Under the pieces are notes generated by a model, which was given only the letters and a program-made list of their open reading frames with translations, did not search any database and was not told the DNA's origin. A stretch of 32,000 nt of DNA from Candidatus Harpocratesius repetitus (GTDB lineage Archaea > Asgardarchaeota > Lokiarchaeia > Sigyniarchaeales > Promethearchaeaceae), in NCBI GenBank assembly GCA_021498095.1, contig JAIZWK010000001.1, positions 4,050,001 through 4,082,000 of the forward strand, in the 5' to 3' direction. Position 1 is the first letter of the stretch. Each line of letters begins with the position of its first letter. Shown piece by piece: positions 1 through 9,030 of the stretch. The position numbers and the translations under genes are program-made.

Positions 1-1
1 A

Positions 2-541
2 GATAAAATTCTATTTAGCATTACTCTCGAAGAAATCCAGCAAATAATCTCTCAATATACAGAACCTTCTATAATGGAAGAAGATCGAAACAAAATTTTC
101 ATTGTCTCCTACAAAATAGATGATAATCTTGGACCTTTGATTCATGCTGTAGATAATATCGATATTACAGACCAGCGTTACACTCAACAGATAAAATTGG
201 TTGGAAGTCTATATCCAGTAAGTTTAGGTCATGGAAGAGAGTATCATACTGGATTATTTGGCCCATATCCATTTGGAACTTCAAATTTAAAAGCATTGGT
301 GTATAGTTTGACATTATTCGATCATACTCAGAAAAAAACCCGAAACAAAGGTATTACATTTTTCTTAATTTGCATTATTTATCCTGATGAAATCAGCCCT
401 ATTTTTTATGATCAACAGAAATTAGAATCACTGATCGAAATGCAATTAAAAACTATACGTGAAGTTGATGAAATAACACCTATATTTCTATCTAACTTAA
501 GACAATTAATTATTCAAGAATTGATGCGCGATTTTGGTTAA
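2..541 (+). CDS. Asgard-type uDENN/longin-like domain protein, possibly 5'-partial (frame is open from the window edge)
   Basis: Frame 2..73 has no stop (DKILFSITLEEIQQIISQYTEPSI) and runs into the ATG at 74. Motifs 'SYKIDDNLGP', 'GLFGPYPF' and 'ALVYSLTLFD...RNKG..FFLICIIYP' resemble the Lokiarchaeal uDENN/longin-like family (recognised by eye). Confidence 0.5.
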   Translation, partial: DKILFSITLEEIQQIISQYTEPSIMEEDRNKIFIVSYKIDDNLGPLIHAVDNIDITDQRYTQQIKLVGSLYPVSLGHGREYHTGLFGPYPFGTSNLKALVYSLTLFDHTQKKTRNKGITFFLICIIYPDEISPIFYDQQKLESLIEMQLKTIREVDEITPIFLSNLRQLIIQELMRDFG

Positions 542-619
542 TACAAATATCTGTATACGGAGAAGATCCCTCTTATTCTTTTATAAGCAAATTGATGATA
601 TAATAATTATAGGTGCATA

Positions 620-2131
620 ATGAAGCGAAAATTGATTTTAAATGTTCTTCTTTTTATAACATTCATTCTTTCTTTTCTGATAATGGAAAATACAATCAAT
701 CTTGCATCAGCGAGTAGCCACTCTGATTTTGGAAAAGAACAAGCAGATAAAGCGAGATCTATCAATACAGATATTACAGAAGATCTTTTAAAAATTGAAA
801 GCGAACAAAATTCAAATGGAAAAAATGATAATTTTGAGTTTAAAATTTCTCTTAATCAAAATGAAGGAATGGAAATCAAATTAGAATATCGAGCTAATGC
901 ACTACTCCCTAAAATATCTAGTGAATTCAAAATTCAATTCGATTCCTTAATAGAATTCAACGATACAAATAAAGATGGAAAGTATGATATTTATAATGAT
1001 CAAATAATTCAACAAATTTCACTTCAAGGTATTCATGTAATTAATCAATCAATAATAGAACAAGGAAATATCTCTCTTTATACCTTTCAATTAGAAGATA
1101 CTTCAAAAATCTTTCAACCTACTGTAATAATATCCAGCGATGCATTGATTTCCCAAAATATGGTAATATTACCAAACCAACTAAAAATCGATTTGAATTT
1201 TGTCAATTTTCCTTTTATTTCAGAAAACGGTTTGCTGGCTCTACAAATTTCGATAGAAAATACATATAATATCGTAGAACAGGAAATCACTGAAGATGAA
1301 AGTCAAAATGTTTCAACTAATGAAGAAGGAATCAAATCAGTTCAAGCGGATTATCCATCATATTTTACATGGACAAATGATATATCCGTAGATGGAAAGC
1401 AAAATGAAATGAAATCGTCCATTTTTTATCCAGATGAAGATGAATTCACAGAATATCAATTATTCTTTGCCTATCCGAAAGGAAATTCCATAAATCATGA
1501 TCCAAAGATTGGAGTAGAAAATACTTTTTTCCCAAGTTCAGGAACTGATTTGGATAGAAATTCAATCCCAATATGGATATGGATAGTTTTGATTACAGGA
1601 TTGGTCAGTACTGTTCTCTTTATTTTATATATGAGTGTTCCCGAATTTCGACAATATTTACTAAATCGCTATCTTCCCATGCATACAGCCCCACATCGAT
1701 TAACAATGGAAGAAGTTCTGGAAAATGAAATCAGAATGAACTTAATCACCTTGATTCTTGAACGCCCTGGTATTCATTACAGTGAATTACTCCGTGAAAT
1801 TGATACTTCACCTTCAAATTTAGCTTGGCATTTAGATATCTTAGAAACATATAAAATTATTCAAAAACAGCGTTTGGGAAAATTTTTAATATTCTATCCT
1901 TATTTAGACAAAAATCCATTCGCTAATTTAGATCCTACAATTGCAAAATCCAAAACTACTCTTGAAATCCTTAAAATCATTGGAGAAAATCCGGGGATTT
2001 ATCAAGGAAAAATAGCTAAAAGACTTGACTTAAATCGAAAGAGTGTTCAATATCATTTAGATAAATTAGAAGAATTGAAGCTTATTCGAAGAGAAAAATT
2101 GGGAAGAAAAGTTCTATTATATCAAAATTAA
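620..2131 (+). CDS. Single-pass membrane protein: signal peptide, about 290-aa ectodomain, TM helix, C-terminal tandem winged-HTH (COG3398-like regulator)
   Basis: Hydrophobic N-terminus; DxNxDG motif (DTNKDGKYD); TM 'IWIWIVLITGLVSTVLFILYM'; two wHTH units 'RPGIHYSELLREIDTSPSNLAWHLDILE' and 'NPGIYQGKIAKRLDLNRKSVQYHLDKLEE'. Confidence 0.75.
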   Translation: MKRKLILNVLLFITFILSFLIMENTINLASASSHSDFGKEQADKARSINTDITEDLLKIESEQNSNGKNDNFEFKISLNQNEGMEIKLEYRANALLPKISSEFKIQFDSLIEFNDTNKDGKYDIYNDQIIQQISLQGIHVINQSIIEQGNISLYTFQLEDTSKIFQPTVIISSDALISQNMVILPNQLKIDLNFVNFPFISENGLLALQISIENTYNIVEQEITEDESQNVSTNEEGIKSVQADYPSYFTWTNDISVDGKQNEMKSSIFYPDEDEFTEYQLFFAYPKGNSINHDPKIGVENTFFPSSGTDLDRNSIPIWIWIVLITGLVSTVLFILYMSVPEFRQYLLNRYLPMHTAPHRLTMEEVLENEIRMNLITLILERPGIHYSELLREIDTSPSNLAWHLDILETYKIIQKQRLGKFLIFYPYLDKNPFANLDPTIAKSKTTLEILKIIGENPGIYQGKIAKRLDLNRKSVQYHLDKLEELKLIRREKLGRKVLLYQN

Positions 2132-2171
2132 AACCGCAAATTATATTTACAAAAACGTCGATACATGATTT

Positions 2172-3170
2172 ATGGTGCAAATTGCAGATATTCACATTCA
2201 TCCTCATAATATGATACCTCAACCTTTTCGATTAATATATAGATATATTAATAGGAAAGAAATGCCCCCATGGTTTAAACTTTCATCATTAAAAGAAATT
2301 CCCACGTCTGATTTATCTTTAACAGTTGTTAATGCTGTTGGTGATAAGATAGTAACAGGATTGTATGGCTTTAATGCCTATCAAGCAGTAAAGACTCAAT
2401 TAAAAAAAATCCGAAAACAAGCGGAAAAAATCGGAGCACTTATTTATCAAAATCCTGATTCAATAAAAGAAGCAGAAGAAAATCATCAACCCCTAATTCT
2501 TTTAGCAGTAGAAGGAGGTGATTTTCTTAATGAACGAATTGAACGGATAAGTGAAATACATGATATGGGAGTTAGGGCAATTACTATTGTTCATTCTGCT
2601 GATAATTGTATCGGGTATTCAACGTTATCATTACCTGAACTTTTTAAAAATAGTGGAGCACTTCCAGTTAAGAAATACGGCAAATTAACCGATTTTGGAA
2701 AAAAAGTAATTGAAGAGATGAATCATCAAGAGATTATTGTTGATGTCGCCCACTCTTGTGAAGAAACAGCCTTTGACGCGATAGAACATTCCAATCAGCC
2801 AATAATTGCGAGCCATACTGGCGCTTTAGCCCTCCAACCAAATTTTCCCCGCTATATTTCTGATGAATTGATAAAAAAAATTGCGGAAAAAAGAGGAATG
2901 ATTGGTATTTGGCCCTTTTATATTAATTCTTATGGAACTAAGCAGCGAAAGGATTTAGCCAATCATGCCAAATATATTTCTTCTTTAATAGGTTCTAAAC
3001 ACTTGGCAATTGGCACAGACATTAATGGACTTCCAGGTATCATGGAAAATTTTCACTATCCCACTGATTTCAGCAGTTTAAAAGAGGACTTTGTTGCAGC
3101 GGGAATTTCAGAAAAAGAAGTTAATGGAATATTAGGAAAAAATTTCACTGATTTTCTTCGCAATTTTTAA
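2172..3170 (+). CDS. Membrane (renal) dipeptidase family, peptidase M19
   Basis: Metal-ligand motifs DIHIH, AVEGG, DVAH, ASHTG and GTDING of the amidohydrolase-fold M19 family. Confidence 0.85.
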   Translation: MVQIADIHIHPHNMIPQPFRLIYRYINRKEMPPWFKLSSLKEIPTSDLSLTVVNAVGDKIVTGLYGFNAYQAVKTQLKKIRKQAEKIGALIYQNPDSIKEAEENHQPLILLAVEGGDFLNERIERISEIHDMGVRAITIVHSADNCIGYSTLSLPELFKNSGALPVKKYGKLTDFGKKVIEEMNHQEIIVDVAHSCEETAFDAIEHSNQPIIASHTGALALQPNFPRYISDELIKKIAEKRGMIGIWPFYINSYGTKQRKDLANHAKYISSLIGSKHLAIGTDINGLPGIMENFHYPTDFSSLKEDFVAAGISEKEVNGILGKNFTDFLRNF

Positions 3171-3205
3171 TTTTTTTTATTTGAAGAATGCTTTGAAAAA
3201 TGCAG

Positions 3206-4063
3206 TTAAATTTCAAACCGAACTAATAGCCCACCTGCGTAAATTCCACCTACACCTAAAACATCCTCTTTGCTATCAAATTCTTCCAAAAAATCGAGAA
3301 AATCTTGATACACTTCTTCATTTTGATACACTTTTTCAATTATTTCAGGAGACATACAACGGGTGAAAGTACCTGGCGCAGATATTCGAATAATCTTCCC
3401 AGAATGATTTTTAATAAGATCCTTAACTTCTTTAGGGGTAAAACCATGCCAGCTGGGCATTAAATTCGGTTCAAACTGCTTTATTTCCTCATTTACGTTC
3501 AAATTTCCAGTATGAAGAAGATCCCACTGAGTTTTCAATTTCCCAAAATATTGAAAATCGAATTCAGCTGCATCTTCCATCATTGCTCCAAATCGGTTTA
3601 CAACACATAATACAACAGTTTTTTTTGCTACACGCACCAATTCTGCGAAAGCACTTTCATAATTATTCACACAATAAGAAAGAGGAGAATCCAAACATAA
3701 AACAAGATCAAAACTCTGATCTGGAAATGGAAGCGGTTCACAAATGCTTTGTTGAACGAAAGTAATATCACATTTTTCAGTCTTGGGTAAACGGTTTTTT
3801 GCAATTTCAATCATTTCGCCGGATATATCCAAATGAACCACAGAATGCCCTTCTTGTGCCAGTGGAATCGAAAATCTTCCCGGTCCAGCGCCAGCATCTA
3901 AAATTGACAAATTTTTATTACCATTTAGGGCACGTCGAATTTCTCGCCATAATAAATCAGTATGAATTTTTTTCCTAATATCATATTCTTCTCGTGCGAG
4001 TTCAGATGGGGCTTTTTTATTCCAATATTTTTTTGTTTCTTCGTAATGAGAACTTTTCGCCAT
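3206..4063 (-). CDS. Class I SAM-dependent methyltransferase
   Basis: Motif I 'ILDAGAGPGR', post-I 'HLDIS', motif II 'LPFPDQSFDLVLC'. Confidence 0.9.
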   Translation of the reverse strand: MAKSSHYEETKKYWNKKAPSELAREEYDIRKKIHTDLLWREIRRALNGNKNLSILDAGAGPGRFSIPLAQEGHSVVHLDISGEMIEIAKNRLPKTEKCDITFVQQSICEPLPFPDQSFDLVLCLDSPLSYCVNNYESAFAELVRVAKKTVVLCVVNRFGAMMEDAAEFDFQYFGKLKTQWDLLHTGNLNVNEEIKQFEPNLMPSWHGFTPKEVKDLIKNHSGKIIRISAPGTFTRCMSPEIIEKVYQNEEVYQDFLDFLEEFDSKEDVLGVGGIYAGGLLVRFEI

Positions 4064-4149
4064 GGATAAACTTTTTGATGAAAGAAGATTTTTAATATTT
4101 ACGAATTTTTGTTGATATATTATTTTTAAAGAACTTGGGAGTAAAATTA

Positions 4150-4608
4150 TTATTTAGATAATTCAGAATGGCGAAAACAATCTACTAAATGATCATTCAC
4201 CATTCCAATTGCCTGCATGAATGCATACACAATTGTTGGTCCCACAAATTTAAACCCGCGTTTCTTCAAATTTTTGCTTATTTTTTCAGATAATGGCGTT
4301 TTTGCAGGCACTTCATCCCATGATCGCCAATGATTTTGGATTGGATTACCATTCACAAACTGCCAGATATATTTATCAAAGGCACCAAATTCTTCTTGAA
4401 TTCTTAAAAAAGCTTGAGCATTTGTTATAAAAGATCGGATTTTCAATCTATTTCGGATAATTCCTGGATTGTCCATAAGTTCATCAATTTTTGATTCTGG
4501 ATACTGTGCGATTTTTTTATAATCAAAATCATCAAGTGCATTTCTGAAATTTTCTCTTTTATTAAGAATAGTATTCCAGCTTAGCCCTGCTTTCGGAAAG
4601 ATCAACAC
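4150..4608 (-). pseudogene. tag: DNA-3-methyladenine glycosylase I (Tag), 5'-truncated
   Basis: 'AGLSWNTILNKRENFR', 'GIIRNRLKI', 'KKRGFKFVGPT..YAFMQAIGMVNDH..C' are Tag hallmarks. The roughly 40 N-terminal residues (RCxW...YHDxEWG...LFE) are absent in the upstream frames inspected, and only 14 nt separate the GTG from the MFS stop codon. Confidence 0.7.
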
Positions 4609-4622
4609 ATATCTCTGTACTT

Positions 4623-5930
4623 TTACGATTCATTGCTCATCATTTTGTTTTTTATTTTTTTCATTGTTAAAAAGTAATAAATAAAAATCGGCAAAAACAT
4701 TCCAGTATAAATTACATAACCCCAAATATATGAAGTATAATTAATTAAAGCCCCGAGCCATAATGGAGTAATTCCAAAGCCGATTCCAGCCATAATTTCC
4801 CCAATATTAATATATTTTGAATTTCCTGTCATAGCAGAATGATCAAAATTCACTTTCATAACAAATCCTTGTTTGATTCCTGTAGTAAATCCTAAAAATA
4901 TAGTTGCACAGATAATAAAATAAATATTTTTCACGAAAATCAAACTGATAACCATTAAAAGATCTGCTATTAAACACATTTTTACCCAACGCACTTTTAT
5001 TTTTAATGGTTTTGGCCCAATTAGATTTAATGCGATAATTTGAAGTGCTTGCTGACCAAAAATAAAAATATATCTCCATTCAGACCCAAAACCCGCTACT
5101 TTAAGATTGTATGGAAAAATAAAATTGATTAATGATTTTGCTGTAGTATAGCCCAAATTTAATATCCAAGCAATCATGGCAGGAATTATAATATGTATAT
5201 AATTTTGAGAAGTAAGTTCTTTTCCCAAAGATTCTTCAGGGCGGTGAATCTTTACCCCAGTTTTTTCTATTGCAGAAGCACTACGCATCTTAAGTTCTTC
5301 AATCTTTGACGCAGAATCAACAAAAAAGCCAATAGGAATTACCAAAAAAGCTAAGATTACCGAAACAATTAGGGCAATGAAATCATTGTGGAATTGTAAC
5401 ACAACCAAGTATCCACTAATAAATCCACCTAAGAGCCCAAAATTCCAACTTTTATTAAATCGCTTAAAATTTAAATCATTTTGAGTCTCTGATGATAAAT
5501 CTTGCCAAAGGCTGATCTGCATCATTATATTGGGCCAAAACAGTCCTAAAGCCAATCCTTCTAATAACTGCATTAAAATTAGTATTGGAGTAGTAAAAAC
5601 AATTACTTGAGTAGAATAGGAAACCACGCTTAACAGAAGAGAAATAATAATAGTATTTCTATATCCAATTTTATTTGCAATAACTTGACCAATAAATGGG
5701 GTAACAATATAAAAAAGTGCAGTCATGGATAAGACTACACCAATTAAATCAGCACTCATGAGATCATTATAAATTAAATAATTTGGAAGAGCTAAAGAGA
5801 AAAGTGATTGATAAAAAGTCTTTATAAAAGCAAGTAGGTAAATTGGCCAATCTTTATAAGGAAGTATATGCCGTTGTGATCGTGATTTGATGGCAATTGG
5901 GGATTTTAAGAAGAAGCGGATTGATCTCAA
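4623..5930 (-). CDS. Major facilitator superfamily transporter
   Basis: About 12 hydrophobic segments and the MFS motif-A-like 'GQVIANKIGYRNT' loop after TM2. Confidence 0.85.
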   Translation of the reverse strand: MRSIRFFLKSPIAIKSRSQRHILPYKDWPIYLLAFIKTFYQSLFSLALPNYLIYNDLMSADLIGVVLSMTALFYIVTPFIGQVIANKIGYRNTIIISLLLSVVSYSTQVIVFTTPILILMQLLEGLALGLFWPNIMMQISLWQDLSSETQNDLNFKRFNKSWNFGLLGGFISGYLVVLQFHNDFIALIVSVILAFLVIPIGFFVDSASKIEELKMRSASAIEKTGVKIHRPEESLGKELTSQNYIHIIIPAMIAWILNLGYTTAKSLINFIFPYNLKVAGFGSEWRYIFIFGQQALQIIALNLIGPKPLKIKVRWVKMCLIADLLMVISLIFVKNIYFIICATIFLGFTTGIKQGFVMKVNFDHSAMTGNSKYINIGEIMAGIGFGITPLWLGALINYTSYIWGYVIYTGMFLPIFIYYFLTMKKIKNKMMSNES

Positions 5931-6022
5931 TGTTAGTTACCATCGAGGAAAGGATTACAAGCTTCTTAAAGTTACTTAAGTAATTCAAAATATTCTTTAG
6001 ATAATGGTGCTTTTCTTGAAGT

Positions 6023-6523
6023 ATGCTAAAATTATACAAATTATGGATATTCCAGAGAGAAAGTGGGCTGAATCTAGTGGATGCTACTATTGACGAATTT
6101 AAAAAAAGTGAATTAATAGATGGAAATTTGATTTCTGGATTAATTACATCAGTTATGCTTTTTTCAAAGGAAATATTAAGAGAAGACATCAGATTAATAG
6201 AAACGGACAATTTTAGATTAATCTTCTCGCTAGATGAAGAAATAATTACCGTTCTTCTAATGGATCGTGCAGGACCGATTAATTTAGCAGAAAAAATTTT
6301 AGAACGTCTCCAAAAACGATTTATTCGAAAATATCGAGATCAAATTGAAAGAAGTTTCAGAGGTGATGTAACTGCTTTTACTGAAATTACCCAGCAAATA
6401 GAGGAGATCACGCAAAAACGTGGAATAAAATTAATCCATGATATGACAAAACGGCAAACAATGGAACAAACTGAAAAAATTATACAATCAATTCATGAAT
6501 TTATCCAAAAAATGAAAAAGTAG
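6023..6523 (+). CDS. Longin/roadblock-like domain protein (Asgard type)
   Basis: Pattern 'LWIFQRESGLNL...LISGLITSVMLFSKE..REDIRLIE...LIF...VLL...LERLQKRFIRKY' matches the beta-beta-alpha-beta-beta-beta-alpha longin layout. Confidence 0.65.
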   Translation: MLKLYKLWIFQRESGLNLVDATIDEFKKSELIDGNLISGLITSVMLFSKEILREDIRLIETDNFRLIFSLDEEIITVLLMDRAGPINLAEKILERLQKRFIRKYRDQIERSFRGDVTAFTEITQQIEEITQKRGIKLIHDMTKRQTMEQTEKIIQSIHEFIQKMKK

Positions 6524-6581
6524 GAATAAAAAAATTTTGATGAAGTTTCCTACTTTTACAATCAATTTAGCATTCTAATTA

Positions 6582-6980
6582 ATGGGGGAATTAGTTCAAT
6601 TTTTGTTGAATCATGAAAAATGTCAATGTTTTACACCTTCAATTGTTATTGCTGAATTATCTGATAAATTCAATCGAGAAAATAAACAAGAGAAATGGAA
6701 AATTTTATTGAAATTTATTAATAATAAAACGGAAATTGTTAATTTAGATATAAAACTTGCCGACCAAGCAGGAAAAATCAAAATAGATTTGCGCAAAATG
6801 CAGCAATCTAGAACTCAAAAACTTGGTTTAGCTGATGCAATAATTTACCAAACAGCAGTTCATAAAGAAGCTAAATTGATTTCTGGAGATGAACATTTTA
6901 AAGATTTTTCTGGTGTAATATATTTAAAAAGTAAAAAAAGAAGAGAAATGGAAATTCAACGATTGTCCCCGATTAAATAA
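6582..6980 (+). CDS. PIN-domain (VapC-like) ribonuclease, apparently N-terminally truncated and without an adjacent antitoxin
   Basis: 'TPSIVIAEL', 'GLADAIIYQTA' and 'LISGDEHF' are PIN motifs. The first strand with the catalytic Asp (hhDT) is missing, and an in-frame TAA lies at 6576-6578. Confidence 0.65.
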   Translation: MGELVQFLLNHEKCQCFTPSIVIAELSDKFNRENKQEKWKILLKFINNKTEIVNLDIKLADQAGKIKIDLRKMQQSRTQKLGLADAIIYQTAVHKEAKLISGDEHFKDFSGVIYLKSKKRREMEIQRLSPIK

Positions 6981-7001
6981 AAGCATGAAAAGTATTTTAG
7001 C

Positions 7002-8690
7002 TTATTTTCCTGCAAGCATATCAGCAATATCTCCTTGCACAGAGTTAATTGGCATGATATTGAATTTCTCGACTAAAACCTTAATCACATTTTCAGATAA
7101 GAATGCAGGTAAAGTTGGGCCTAAACGGATATTCTTAACACCCAAATAGAGCAAAGCGAGTAAAACGATTACTGCTTTTTGCTCATACCATGCAATATCA
7201 AATGAAATTGGGAGATCATTAATACTATCAGTCTCGAAAATTTCTGCCAACTTTAAGGCAACGACCGCCAGAGAATATGAATCATTACATTGACCTGCAT
7301 CAATTACTCGAGGAATTCCATCAATATCACCTAAATCTAACTTGTTATAGCGATATTTGGCACATCCTGCGGTTAAAATAATGGTATCATTTGGAAGATT
7401 TTTAGCGACATCTGTATAATACTGTCTTGATTTCATTCTTCCATCACAACCAGCCATTACTATAAATCGACGTAAAGCACCGCTTTTAATCGCTTCAACA
7501 ATTTTATCCGCAACACCTAATATTGATTCGTGAGCAAATCCAGTCATCACAGTTCCTTCTTCCAACTGAGTAGGGCCCGGCAATTCTAAGGCGCGCTTAA
7601 TCAGCATTGAAAAATCTTTAGGTTTGTCATCCACTCTATCAGGAATTCTGGGAATCCCAGTAAATCCAACCGCTCCAGTAACGAAAATTCGATCTTTATA
7701 ACTCTTTTTAGGGGGTACCAAACAATTTGTCGTCATTAAAATGGCTCCCTTAAAAGATTCAAATTCTTTGGTTTGATGCCACCAAGATCCACCATAATTT
7801 CCCACCAAATGAGGATATTTTTTCAATTTTGGATAAGCATGAGCAGGTAGCATTTCTCCATGGGTATAAATATTAATCCCTTTATCTTTAGTCTGCTCCA
7901 ATAACTCATGTAAATCTCGTAAATCATGACCACTTACCAATATTGCTGGTCCTTCTTTTACACCCAAATTTACAGCAGTTGGTTCAGGATGACCATAGGT
8001 AGTCGTATTTGCTTCATCTAAAAGAGCCATCCCTTTGACACCAAATTCACCGACTTTCATTACGAGTCCTATCCAATCTTCAACAGTTAAAGAACTATTT
8101 TGTGTATCGATCAGTATTTGCTCCAGAAATTGGTAAATCTCATCTTTTTCAAAGCCTAACACCATCGCATGTTCTAAGTATGCAGCTAAACCTTTTAATC
8201 CAATAACAGCTAAATCTTTCAATGAGCGAAGATCAACATCTTTAACAGATAAAGGATCTTCCATCTTTCCTTTTAAAACTAAAGCAGTAATATCAGAGTT
8301 AGTGACTTCAGTTTCCCATTCGGCCCATTCAGGTATATCTTTCAAATTTAACTTTGGTTCAGAACCATTTGAAGATTTTTCTTCGATCTCTGCCTTAAGT
8401 TTCCGTCGAAGTTCAAACCCTTGCTTAATTTGGCTTGAAAACCAAGCATCATCAAAATTTGCATTTGTAATTGTTGCAAATAGTACTTGAATAATATAAT
8501 GTGAACCTTGAGTTGTATCAATTTTCAAGCTTCGAGCAAGCTTATTCCAAAAAGCAATTTGCTTGCAGACAAATATCGCTGCATATTGTAAATTTGCCGT
8601 ATCCGATGGTTTTCCACAAACACCGCGTATGGTACAACCTTTATTATTAAGTGCTTCTTGACATTGATAGCAAAACATTTTTTTTTCCAT
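7002..8690 (-). CDS. hcp: Hybrid cluster protein (hydroxylamine reductase / NO reductase)
   Basis: N-terminal 'MFCYQCQE...GCT..GVCGK' cubane ligands; 'SGHDL', 'YTHGEMLPAH.YP', 'AGCDG', 'DAGQCND', 'WYEQKA', 'GPTLP'. Confidence 0.97.
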   Translation of the reverse strand: MEKKMFCYQCQEALNNKGCTIRGVCGKPSDTANLQYAAIFVCKQIAFWNKLARSLKIDTTQGSHYIIQVLFATITNANFDDAWFSSQIKQGFELRRKLKAEIEEKSSNGSEPKLNLKDIPEWAEWETEVTNSDITALVLKGKMEDPLSVKDVDLRSLKDLAVIGLKGLAAYLEHAMVLGFEKDEIYQFLEQILIDTQNSSLTVEDWIGLVMKVGEFGVKGMALLDEANTTTYGHPEPTAVNLGVKEGPAILVSGHDLRDLHELLEQTKDKGINIYTHGEMLPAHAYPKLKKYPHLVGNYGGSWWHQTKEFESFKGAILMTTNCLVPPKKSYKDRIFVTGAVGFTGIPRIPDRVDDKPKDFSMLIKRALELPGPTQLEEGTVMTGFAHESILGVADKIVEAIKSGALRRFIVMAGCDGRMKSRQYYTDVAKNLPNDTIILTAGCAKYRYNKLDLGDIDGIPRVIDAGQCNDSYSLAVVALKLAEIFETDSINDLPISFDIAWYEQKAVIVLLALLYLGVKNIRLGPTLPAFLSENVIKVLVEKFNIMPINSVQGDIADMLAGK

Positions 8691-8697
8691 GATAAAT

Positions 8698-8702
8698 CCT
8701 CC
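8698..8702 (-). promoter_or_regulatory. Shine-Dalgarno GGAGG of hcp
   Basis: CCTCC on the + strand, 7 nt from the hcp ATG (8690). Confidence 0.7.
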
Positions 8703-8745
8703 ATCTAAAGGGTAAGTAATGTATCGCTACCTTCCATTTAATTTT

Positions 8746-8767
8746 CGGTACGTACCGGTTCGTACGA
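8746..8767. promoter_or_regulatory. Paired palindromes upstream of hcp, candidate operator
   Basis: Perfect 12-bp CGGTACGTACCG (8746-8757) and 8-bp TCGTACGA (8760-8767), GC-rich in an AT-rich intergenic region. Confidence 0.4.
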
Positions 8768-9030
8768 GCCCATTTTTGCGGGAATGGAATTCACGATGCT
8801 TATACTCAAAAAGTAAATTGAATTTTTTACTTCTATTTCATAATCATTTTTCGTATATTTCTGTCTTTCGTTAAAATTAATTTTTATTGACTGTCTTATT
8901 CATTTTGATATATCAACATATACTATAATCATTTATTTCTTAAGTTGAAAATTTCGTTAAATTGTTCAAAATCAACAATTCTGTAAAAAAAAGGGTAGAA
9001 ATAAAAAAAAAGGGATATTTCAAAAATCAA

